From Smithellaceae bacterium (lineage in GTDB: Bacteria > Desulfobacterota > Syntrophia > Syntrophales > Smithellaceae): a stretch of 64,000 bases of DNA. Location: contig CAXXVL010000002.1 of assembly GCA_963667845.2 (NCBI GenBank), forward strand, positions 416,001-480,000, in the 5' to 3' direction. The notes beneath the pieces are model-generated. The model had not been told where the DNA came from. It ran no database searches and was given only the letters and a program-made list of their open reading frames with translations. Below, piece by piece: positions 1 through 7,951 of the stretch (position 1 is the stretch's first letter; each line of letters begins with the position of its first letter). Made by a program: the position numbers and the translations under genes.

Positions 1-1241
1 TGCCACTGGGCTGCCGGGGTCTTGTCGGCATGTGCCCACGAACCGGACAGCATAATGTCCAGCTTGTCGACCGGGCGAACGCCGGCGCGCAGCTGTGCAA
101 AGTAAGCATTGCTCATTGGAGCACCATTGGCAGTACTGGCAGTTGCTGATTGTCCATAACCTACCTGAGTGCCAGCCCAGTAGGTGAGATCATAGTTGAA
201 CATGATCAAACAGGGGTTCCAATCGATACCGCCGTTGCTGGCGCCTTCGATTTTATCCGTTGTTGAGGGATCATCGCCGGCGAGGTAAGCTAACGTACCG
301 CCGACATAGAACATTTTGAAATCAGCCGTTCCATCGATCCAGGCGGCTAGCGAGTTTACAGTCTTGTCGACGATCGCGGGGGGTATCTCACCATCGTCAA
401 ATGTAATCTTACCATAGAGCCAGATCACTTCGCCCTGCAGAAAAACCGGACCTAACTGAGCTTTAAAGTAAGGCAGGGTGGCAAGCAGTCTTGATCTATT
501 ACTGGAAATAAGATCGCTTCTGCCATTGGCATTGTTAATATATTTGAACAATAAACCGGCCATACCGGTCTTCCAGGCATAAATGCCGTAAGCGGTGTAG
601 AAGCTGCTGTCACGGTCCGTCGCCGTCGTAATGTTAGTTGACATATAGCTTAATTCGTTGTTCTTACCGGTCTGCAGGCCCAGGGTGACAGGTCCGCCGC
701 GGAACATGTAACCGATTTTGCCGGTCGGATTGGAACTGTCACCGAACACGGTGCCCCACGCGCCATCGATCTGGTAACCAGCGAAGAAGATACCGATCGG
801 TGAAATGTAGGTGATGTAAGCTAAATCGAAGTTGATGTTTTCATTTTCAGCTCTGGTACCGGCGGACGTCAGATCGCCAGCAGATACACCGGCCGTACCT
901 ATACCGGGAAGACCACCAGTCGGTGCTGATCTTGCGGCGCCCCAGGCTCTTTCCATGATGTCCGCGCGGGTCGTCAAAGTCAGGCCCGGAGAAACAACAA
1001 ACTGCGTGGTCAAACGCAGTCTCTGGAAATAAAAAGCGCTGCTAATGCCAGGCGTTACGTCCTTCGGGAAACCTATCCCCGGGCCCGGCAATGTGTACGT
1101 GTCCTTGTTCAGGGCTGTTTTATCCAAATACAGGCCTGCCGCATAATACTCGCCGCTGAACTTTACATCAACGGCCATCGCTGACGTGCTGAAGGCTACG
1201 ATCAACCCCAGTGACAGCAAAACTAACCAAAATCTCTTCAT
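1..1241 (-). CDS. Outer-membrane porin-like beta-barrel protein (3' end runs off the window)
   Basis: Absent from the ORF track because there is no stop in the window. Hand translation from ATG at 1241 (GGAGGA RBS upstream) gives MKRFWLVLLSLGLIVAFSTSAMA|VDVKFSGEYYAAGLY...FYFQRLRLTTQF...NINFDLAYITY..., i.e. a signal peptide followed by alternating aromatic/hydrophobic beta strands. Confidence 0.85.
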   Translation of the reverse strand, partial: MKRFWLVLLSLGLIVAFSTSAMAVDVKFSGEYYAAGLYLDKTALNKDTYTLPGPGIGFPKDVTPGISSAFYFQRLRLTTQFVVSPGLTLTTRADIMERAWGAARSAPTGGLPGIGTAGVSAGDLTSAGTRAENENINFDLAYITYISPIGIFFAGYQIDGAWGTVFGDSSNPTGKIGYMFRGGPVTLGLQTGKNNELSYMSTNITTATDRDSSFYTAYGIYAWKTGMAGLLFKYINNANGRSDLISSNRSRLLATLPYFKAQLGPVFLQGEVIWLYGKITFDDGEIPPAIVDKTVNSLAAWIDGTADFKMFYVGGTLAYLAGDDPSTTDKIEGASNGGIDWNPCLIMFNYDLTYWAGTQVGYGQSATASTANGAPMSNAYFAQLRAGVRPVDKLDIMLSGSWAHADKTPAAQW

Positions 1242-1457
1242 TTTTTCCTCCTAAGGATTAATAGAGTAAAAAAGTTTTCGCCTCCTTCCCGAAACGGGCA
1301 TTCCCGGAAAAAGGCACCCCTACCTCTGCCTCGTGCATCCTGCGTTCAGTAAATTCCTGACTGCAAAATACACGGCGCGAAGCTAGCATCGGCTGATTAC
1401 CCTTGTCAAGATTTATTTCCCGACAAGCGAAGCTCGCCTCGCTTATCTAACCTTGCT

Positions 1458-1473
1458 AGCAACTACGGTGCCA
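1458..1473 (-). promoter_or_regulatory. sigma54 -24/-12 promoter for the porin gene
   Basis: Minus strand reads TGGCAC-CGTAG-TTGCT, an exact match to TGGCAC-N5-TTGCW, about 215 bp upstream of the porin ATG. Confidence 0.85.
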
Positions 1474-1808
1474 TATTCGAAATGCGTTGCAAAAGGGATC
1501 TGATTCTTGCCGTTTCGTCGGGGCAAAACGGCGCAGCGGACTAGCGGAATCCCGAAACGCAATTTTTGCTTCTGCTGGAAATAATTTAATATATAAGGAG
1601 AGGGGGAACTGCTGACACGATGATCGACCTCACGCGCGAAGTGTGTTAATTTTTACCACGGACCTTGTACCGACCATCACAATTTGGCATTATTTAATGT
1701 CAAAGACCGGGTTCACGTGTTGTTTTTAACACACTCCCGACAAAAATTCACATTGGGCGTCAACCGCCGGCAAAAAAATCCCTGCTGATGAACAAGGCCG
1801 CGCTTTAA

Positions 1809-1890
1809 TCCCGTTCACGCGGGACGAGCGTTAATTCCCTGTCGTTTGCAGCGACAGGGAATTTCTTACCTCGACAGCTTGCTGCGAGGT
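1809..1890. repeat. Cluster of REP-like hairpins
   Basis: AATTCCCTGTCG-n7-CGACAGGGAATT (12-bp stem), ACCTCGACAGC-TT-GCTGCGAGGT and CCCG-n6-CGGG lie side by side. Confidence 0.55.
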
Positions 1891-2096
1891 GGTTGATCTG
1901 CTCTGGAAATAATGTCGGGAGCTTACCGCAACGGGGTCGTACCGGTGCAGGAACGGCTACAAGGCTTCAGAGCTTGAATATTTTTCATATAGGCAATCCG
2001 TCAATATTCTGATATTAGGAAAGTGACCTTTTAGTCGAGATGCAACGGAAATTGGACAATGAACGGCAATAAAAATTCCTAGTGGAGGTTAAAGCA

Positions 2097-2201
2097 ATGG
2101 GTAAATCCAAAGACATGAAGAAAGATGAAAAGAAGAAACCGGCCAAGTCAGCCAAAGAGAAGAAGGAAGCCAAGAAGCTGAAAAAATCCGGAAAAGAATA
2201 A
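2097..2201 (+). CDS. Small lysine-rich protein (34 aa)
   Basis: GGAGGT RBS, then MGKSKDMKKDEKKKPAKSAKEKKEAKKLKKSGKE*. Too short for the ORF track. Confidence 0.8.
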   Translation: MGKSKDMKKDEKKKPAKSAKEKKEAKKLKKSGKE

Positions 2202-2210
2202 GAAGATAAA

Positions 2211-2310
2211 AGGGTCAAAGGTTTAAGGTTTAAGGTTTAAGGTGCAGGGCTCAAGGAAAAGATCACTCTTTACCTTGTACTTTGTTTCTTGTGCCTTGTT
2301 CCTTGAGCCT
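2211..2310. repeat. Inverted pair of heptamer tandem arrays
   Basis: AGGTTTA x3, AGGTGCA, GGGCTCA on the left; CCTTGTA, CTTTGTT, TCTTGTG, CCTTGTT, CCTTGAG on the right. Confidence 0.8.
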
Positions 2311-2350
2311 CATATTTTAAATACCGGATCAAACCCCCATTAGGATACGC

Positions 2351-3961
2351 ATGAAAATAAAATTTCTCGGTGCCGCGAGAACAGTCACCGGCTCGTGTTA
2401 CGTTATTGAAACGGATCAAGCGAGATTTGCCATCGATTGCGGGATGCATCAGGGTTCCGATCAAATTGAAAGACGCAACCTCGATACTAATCTTTACGAC
2501 CCCTCCCGGATCGATTTTTTTATCATTACCCACGCGCATATCGACCACTCAGGGCTGCTGCCGCGCATGACGCAGCAGGGTTTTCGGGGACCCATTTACG
2601 CGACGGAGCCCACCGCCGATCTGCTCAAAATACTGCTTCTGGACAGTGCGCACATTCAGGAGGTGGAAGCCGCCGGCAAAAATAAAAGATTGCTGCGCAC
2701 GGGACTGAAAGCCGAGGCTGTTCCTCTTTATACGACCCAAGACGCGGAGGCTGTCGCGCCGTTTCTCAAAAACATGAAGTATGGCGAAACATTCACTCCG
2801 GCCCCCGGCATCAGTGTCCGTTTTCAGGATGCGGGCCACATTCTGGGCGCGGCCATGGCGGAAGTGTTTATCGAAGAAAATGGGTCAACCGTGAAGCTGG
2901 TTTTTTCCGGCGATATCGGCCGCCCTAATCAGCTCTTAATGAAGGACCCCTGTTCCATGCAGCAGGCTGATTTTCTGTTCATGGAATCGACTTACGGCAA
3001 CCGCAACCACAAGGGCGAACAGGAAAGCCTCGACGAACTGGCCGAGGCCATTCGTTACAGCTACCGTAACGGGGAAAAGGTGATCATCCCGGCTTTTGCT
3101 GTGGAACGAACGCAGGAGATTCTTTATTCGCTTCACCTTCTCTGGCGCGACGGCAAATTGCCGAAAGACATGCCGGTTTATCTGGACAGCCCGCTCGCGA
3201 TCAAGGCGACGGAAATCTTCCGCCACTATGCCTCCTACCTCGACGGCGAAACCCAGGGGCTCATAAAAAACGGCGAAGACCCGCTGAACCTCCCCAATCT
3301 GAAGCTCTCCACCACAACGGCTGAGTCCATCCAGATCAATGAGACACGGGAACCGGCCATCGTGATTTCGGCAAGCGGCATGGCCAATGCAGGACGGATC
3401 AAACACCACTTAAGGCACAACCTGTGGCGGCCCGGAGCCAGCATCGTCTTTGTCGGCTTTCAGGCGGAAGGTACGCCGGGACGAAGAATTGTTGACGGGG
3501 CCAAAAAAATCCGCATTAACAACGAGGATATTGCCGTAGCAGCTAAAGTGTATACCATCAACGGCTTCTCCGCTCATGCCGGCCAGGACCAGCTCCTCGA
3601 TTGGCTCACAGGGTTTCAGACCAAAGGGATGCAGGTGTTTCTGGTCCACGGCGAGTTATCAGCCCAGGAACACCTCGCGGCTTTGATCCGGGAAAAATTC
3701 GGCCTGTCCGTAACCATTCCGGAATACCTGGAAGAAATCGTGCTGCAACCCGGTGCTCTGTTTCAGGAAATCAAGCCTCCTGTCACGGCTGCGCCATCCG
3801 TCGATCTTTCGCCGCTTGTGACCGATTTGAAAACAAAACTTTCGGCGGTCAGCGACAAAATCGGAAAATATCAATCCTTGTCCGTATCCCAGCAGGCCGA
3901 AATCGCCGAGCTGCTGAAACAGGCGGCCCTGAAAATTGATGAAATAAAGAATAAGTCTTAA
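2351..3961 (+). CDS. MBL-fold metallo-hydrolase, beta-CASP (Ysh1-like) putative RNase
   Basis: GAARTVTGSC, IDCG, THAHIDHSG, AGHILG, FSGDIG, MESTYG, PAFAVERTQE, SASGM, FSAHAG motifs. Confidence 0.92.
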   Translation: MKIKFLGAARTVTGSCYVIETDQARFAIDCGMHQGSDQIERRNLDTNLYDPSRIDFFIITHAHIDHSGLLPRMTQQGFRGPIYATEPTADLLKILLLDSAHIQEVEAAGKNKRLLRTGLKAEAVPLYTTQDAEAVAPFLKNMKYGETFTPAPGISVRFQDAGHILGAAMAEVFIEENGSTVKLVFSGDIGRPNQLLMKDPCSMQQADFLFMESTYGNRNHKGEQESLDELAEAIRYSYRNGEKVIIPAFAVERTQEILYSLHLLWRDGKLPKDMPVYLDSPLAIKATEIFRHYASYLDGETQGLIKNGEDPLNLPNLKLSTTTAESIQINETREPAIVISASGMANAGRIKHHLRHNLWRPGASIVFVGFQAEGTPGRRIVDGAKKIRINNEDIAVAAKVYTINGFSAHAGQDQLLDWLTGFQTKGMQVFLVHGELSAQEHLAALIREKFGLSVTIPEYLEEIVLQPGALFQEIKPPVTAAPSVDLSPLVTDLKTKLSAVSDKIGKYQSLSVSQQAEIAELLKQAALKIDEIKNKS

Positions 3962-4086
3962 GGAAAATTTTCCTGATAAGAAAGATGTAGGGAAAGGCTT
4001 CAAAGTGTTCCCCACTTCGTGTAGTGCGTCTAATGCTTCTTTACAGATAATACGTGCTGCATATCACCGATATGTTCAAATCATCA

Positions 4087-4137
4087 CAGAACAAGGGGTG
4101 CAACCACCACTCGCGGGTGGCAAGACCCCTTGTTCTG
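4087..4137. terminator. Long hairpin between convergent genes (probable bidirectional terminator or REP)
   Basis: CAGAACAAGGGGT...ACCCCTTGTTCTG 13-bp outer stem enclosing an inner CCACC/GGTGG stem. Confidence 0.6.
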
Positions 4138-4148
4138 GTTTAGTGCCA

Positions 4149-4236
4149 CACTACTCACCATCCACTACTCACTATCCACTATCCACCATTCACTATTCAC
4201 TATCCACTATCCACTATTCACTATTCACTATTCACT
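4149..4236. repeat. Heptamer tandem repeat, CACTAT(T/C)-type, 12 full copies plus a partial
   Basis: Counted directly: cactact caccatc cactact cactatc cactatc caccatt cactatt cactatc cactatc cactatt cactatt cactatt cact. Confidence 0.95.
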
Positions 4237-5444
4237 GAGGTCGTACCTTGTAAATCTTTCCCGAAAATCCAGAAATAAATTGTGCCCCCGAGACCGCAGG
4301 CGAAGGCCGCGAGGAAATTAACTTCAGGCGAAATCTCCCACAGAAAGGCTCCGCCGAAAGCCGCCACGGATACAATGACATCCCGGACCAGATAGTATAA
4401 TCCGAACATGCCTGCTTTTTTGTCTTCCGGCGCCAGATCCATAATCAGGGCCTTGCGCGTGGGCTCGCCGAATTCCTTCAGCCCCCGGACAATAAACGCC
4501 GCGACCATCATCCAGAAACTGTGAGAAAAGAAGATAATGAGTGGAAACAAAGTGAAGTTGAAAAACGTGATGACAACAAACGGCTTTTTGGTGGAGCGGT
4601 CCGCCAGGTAGGCAACGGGAAGATAAACCGCCACAGCGGTCGCCATTTCAATGGCGGTGAGCACACCGAACTGGGCTGCGGTAATGCCGTTGTATTTGAT
4701 GCACCAGACCACGACAAATGCGTAAGGGATCTGCTCGGCAAAGCGAATCAGGATATCGGAAATCAGTAAATTGCGCAGAGCAGGGCTCATATACTGCCAG
4801 AGGCGCGAAGGCCGTTTTTCCGCCTGACCTCTCGCGGGTGTATCAACGATCATCTTCTGCTGAAGGATGATGGAAACGATACCCAGGAGAAAAGCGCCTG
4901 CAAAAGCCAGGCGCACTCCGTCTTTTTCCCCGTAAATGCCGATGAGCACCCCTCCAAAAATCGGACCGAGCGCCATGGGAACTCTCCTAACCAGAGAATG
5001 CAGGGTCACGCCCATCGTGCGTTTGTTTTGCGGCAGGACGTCGGAAACAAGGCTCATCGTGGCCGGCAGAGATATCGCGGACCAGGCCAGAAAGAATAAA
5101 GCGCCGATGATGACCGCCTGCCAGTAGGGAAAGATGATGACGATCGCATATCCGACAAGCGAGATCAGATTGAAAACCAGCAGCGCTTTCTTGTTTCCCA
5201 GACGGTCGCTCAGGTAACCTCCGGGAAACGAGTAAAGCGCCGAAATCAGGTTGGTCACGCCCCCCAGCAGTCCGATGGTCATTGCGCCGCCTCCCAGGGC
5301 CATCAGATAGATCGGCAAAAAGCGTTCGGCCATTCTTTCCCCTAAGCCCACAAGAACCACCATGAGGAGCAGGGCGACAATGCTTTTTTTCAAACCGAAA
5401 AACTCCGCGATTTTCCTTTGACGTGAGGAGGCCGTCATGTTCAC
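4221..5444 (-). CDS. MFS transporter
   Basis: About 12 hydrophobic segments, with motif A GYLSDRLGNKK and a second copy AYLADRSTKK. The start may be the ATG at 5438. Confidence 0.9.
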   Translation of the reverse strand: MNMTASSRQRKIAEFFGLKKSIVALLLMVVLVGLGERMAERFLPIYLMALGGGAMTIGLLGGVTNLISALYSFPGGYLSDRLGNKKALLVFNLISLVGYAIVIIFPYWQAVIIGALFFLAWSAISLPATMSLVSDVLPQNKRTMGVTLHSLVRRVPMALGPIFGGVLIGIYGEKDGVRLAFAGAFLLGIVSIILQQKMIVDTPARGQAEKRPSRLWQYMSPALRNLLISDILIRFAEQIPYAFVVVWCIKYNGITAAQFGVLTAIEMATAVAVYLPVAYLADRSTKKPFVVITFFNFTLFPLIIFFSHSFWMMVAAFIVRGLKEFGEPTRKALIMDLAPEDKKAGMFGLYYLVRDVIVSVAAFGGAFLWEISPEVNFLAAFACGLGGTIYFWIFGKDLQGTTSVNSE

Positions 5445-5450
5445 CGCCTT

Positions 5451-7676
5451 TCAGAAATTGAGCGTCATCAAGCTCGGCCATACGTTTTTATCCGAAGCGG
5501 CGGCTCTGCCTTTCTTTTGCGCCGTTTCGCTTTCAATCATGGAGTCCATCATGTGCAGACAGTTGTTCATGTGCCGGATAAACTCATCCGCCGGAATCAT
5601 TTCGCCGTAGGTTCGGGTAAAAGAGTAAATACACACATCATCTTTCTTCGCGAGCTCGGCAATTTCCAGGGCCAGCCGAATACTCTGTCTTGCTGTTTGC
5701 ATCGCGGTGGCCGTGCGCACCGGCAGAAAATCCCATAAAGCAACGGCATGACAAAAATATATGGTCGGCCGGTAGCTTTGCAGAGAAATGGCGTCGTCAT
5801 GAATCCTCGCCTTGGCGATCATCAGTTTTTCCGTCACGTCATTGAGCACATCTTCCGGCAGATCGGCCCGGCGGAAGCCGATCTGCCAATGAACGTTGAC
5901 GGCAATCTCCCTGCCGATGGACGAAGGCCCCGCAATCGGTTTTCGCGGATTGACAAAAATCTGCTCGTCATTTTTCAAAACGGCGCCAAGCATCCTGACG
6001 CTGTTTAACAAATAGGAAGAGCGGATGCCGGACGGAGAAACAGCGATTGCGTTTTCAAACAAATCCTCCGCCGCATCCAGACACTGATAAACATGGTGTT
6101 TCAAGACGGCAAGTCCTTCTCTATCTGAGGAGATCGTCCGATCCGAGCGGGCATGGCGTAACGCGCACATCGCCTGCGCCATGTAAACGACGGCATACTC
6201 GCAGTAAAAATCCTCCGATTCAGAGGCGCAGTTTTCTTCGATGAAGCGGGCCTCTTTTTTTGCCTGCCGGAACAATGCGCAGGCGGCCTCATAGGTGGGC
6301 GTGGAAAGTGCGATATTGCGCAGGAGAACCATCCGGAGCGTTCGTGCGATCAGATCGTTCGGATTGATCGACAGGACGACCCGCAGAATTTCAATGGCTT
6401 CGGCAAACCGCCGCCGGTAGTACAGCGTTTTCGCGATTTCCAATCCCAAAAGGGAATTGTGCGGAACTTTGAAAAAAGTGGTCACCGCGTTGGGTTCGTC
6501 CCGGTTGTCATCCGGCGCGGATTCGTCGGGCAGCCGCCAGAGCAGATGGTTGAGTTTTTTGACGATGGCCGGGTTGTTCCCCAGGACGGGATCGGCCAGC
6601 AGATCCGACACGAAGTCGAAATACAACGTGCTCCAGACTGCTTCGATCCACCAGATGGCCAGAGATTCGCCGTTAAACAGCGTCGTCTCTGTCGGTTCCG
6701 TGCAAAGGACAACGCGGATGTCATTGACCAGCACGCACTGCCGCGCTACATCGGACAGGCGAATGACCGGATCGTCGGGCAGTTTGGCGTTCAAGAGCGG
6801 CAGGAGATGATTGTCAATGCCGGCGAATTCGCCGACGACGACGGCAATGGACAGAAAGCGGTTTTTGGTGGAATACGCGGACAACGCCCAGCGTATCGCC
6901 ATCTGATGGGCCAGCGACACGGCACTCCTCAGACACTGCCGGTATGCAACCAGATCATCTTCGGATGTCTCTTTCGGAAAATCCACGTACAGCGTGGTGA
7001 TGTCATGCGCCCGGACCTTACCCCAGCGTCCGTAGGAAAACTGGCTGATGGATTGGTCGATGTAAGTCTTGACGGTTTTCTTAAGCCAGCCGAGAATTTC
7101 GTGATCAATGACGTCGCCGCGGCTGTAAAGGGCAAACCCGATGCGCGCGCCTTCCCGATGATTCTCCGTCTGCCTTCCTTCGCGGCAGACCGCGAGAAGT
7201 GTTCCATAGTGCCATTGGGCGGCAATCTCCGGCCGTTCGTGACCCAGCCAAAAGGCCAGACTTCTCAAAACATTTTGTTTGTAGACGGTATCAATCGGCT
7301 CCTTCTTGAGACGGGTCAGCATGGAATTGGTAACCTTAGGGAGCGCAATTTGTTTTTCGGCGAGCAGTTTGTTAATGCGCTCCGTCATCGCACGAAGCGA
7401 GAGATTGAGTTTCAGGTGCTCGTCTTTCTTGTCCAGCAGTTCTTCAAAGTCTATATGCCTGGACAGTTTGAAGGCCGGCCGATGGATCATTTGCCTCGTG
7501 ATAAAATTCTCCAGTAAGGAAACATCGGGCGTCTCGATCAGGCGGGATCGAACGCCGAAAGCCAGGAACGTATCCCGGATCAGGCTGTTGTCGCCGTTTT
7601 GGGAAAACGCCATCCATGCTTCCGGCGTCGGGAAGGCTGACAGAAGCGCTCTTGCGGCTTTATCATTCATCTGCAT
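5451..7676 (-). CDS. Uncharacterised 741-aa protein with TPR-like C-terminal half, possible N-terminal HTH and central degenerate class III cyclase-like domain
   Basis: Long ORF with GAGG RBS. TPR signature AKTLYYRRRFAEAIEILRVVLSINPND. Domain reading is given in findings. Confidence 0.8.
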   Translation of the reverse strand: MQMNDKAARALLSAFPTPEAWMAFSQNGDNSLIRDTFLAFGVRSRLIETPDVSLLENFITRQMIHRPAFKLSRHIDFEELLDKKDEHLKLNLSLRAMTERINKLLAEKQIALPKVTNSMLTRLKKEPIDTVYKQNVLRSLAFWLGHERPEIAAQWHYGTLLAVCREGRQTENHREGARIGFALYSRGDVIDHEILGWLKKTVKTYIDQSISQFSYGRWGKVRAHDITTLYVDFPKETSEDDLVAYRQCLRSAVSLAHQMAIRWALSAYSTKNRFLSIAVVVGEFAGIDNHLLPLLNAKLPDDPVIRLSDVARQCVLVNDIRVVLCTEPTETTLFNGESLAIWWIEAVWSTLYFDFVSDLLADPVLGNNPAIVKKLNHLLWRLPDESAPDDNRDEPNAVTTFFKVPHNSLLGLEIAKTLYYRRRFAEAIEILRVVLSINPNDLIARTLRMVLLRNIALSTPTYEAACALFRQAKKEARFIEENCASESEDFYCEYAVVYMAQAMCALRHARSDRTISSDREGLAVLKHHVYQCLDAAEDLFENAIAVSPSGIRSSYLLNSVRMLGAVLKNDEQIFVNPRKPIAGPSSIGREIAVNVHWQIGFRRADLPEDVLNDVTEKLMIAKARIHDDAISLQSYRPTIYFCHAVALWDFLPVRTATAMQTARQSIRLALEIAELAKKDDVCIYSFTRTYGEMIPADEFIRHMNNCLHMMDSMIESETAQKKGRAAASDKNVWPSLMTLNF

Positions 7677-7804
7677 TATCGTAACCTCTCAAACAGTATC
7701 AAAATTATCGGTCCTGTCATGACACACTCCTCTGTCTCACGTCCGGCGGAAACACGAGATTGTTTTACCATAAAACGGTATTATTAATAAAACACTACTT
7801 AACG

Positions 7805-7833
7805 TTGACAGTCATTTTATGGGGACGTATACG
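7805..7833 (+). promoter_or_regulatory. sigma70 promoter for the ALDH-ADH gene
   Basis: TTGACA-17 nt-TATACG. Confidence 0.65.
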
Positions 7834-7951
7834 GCCATATGGATCACGGATATCAAGAAAATAGGCTTTTTCAGTTATTGAAACCTGTGTACGCCGTTGA
7901 GAATTCTGAATAACCGGCGGCCACAACGATTCAAATGAAGGAGGGTTGGAA

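Noticed and set aside
1500..1570. Possible c-di-GMP riboswitch (GGCAAA...GAAA)
   Set aside because: I could not build the P2/P3 GNRA-receptor arrangement, and it lies upstream of the sigma54 promoter, outside the porin transcript.
2015..2218. 67-aa Phe/Ser-rich minus-strand ORF
   Set aside because: Antisense shadow of the Lys-rich microprotein, which has the RBS.
4149..4236. Possible CRISPR array
   Set aside because: 7-nt tandem units with no spacers, and no cas genes in the window.
4005..4321. ORFs with HYSLFTI-type repeats
   Set aside because: These are translations of the heptamer DNA repeat; no RBS or other coding evidence.
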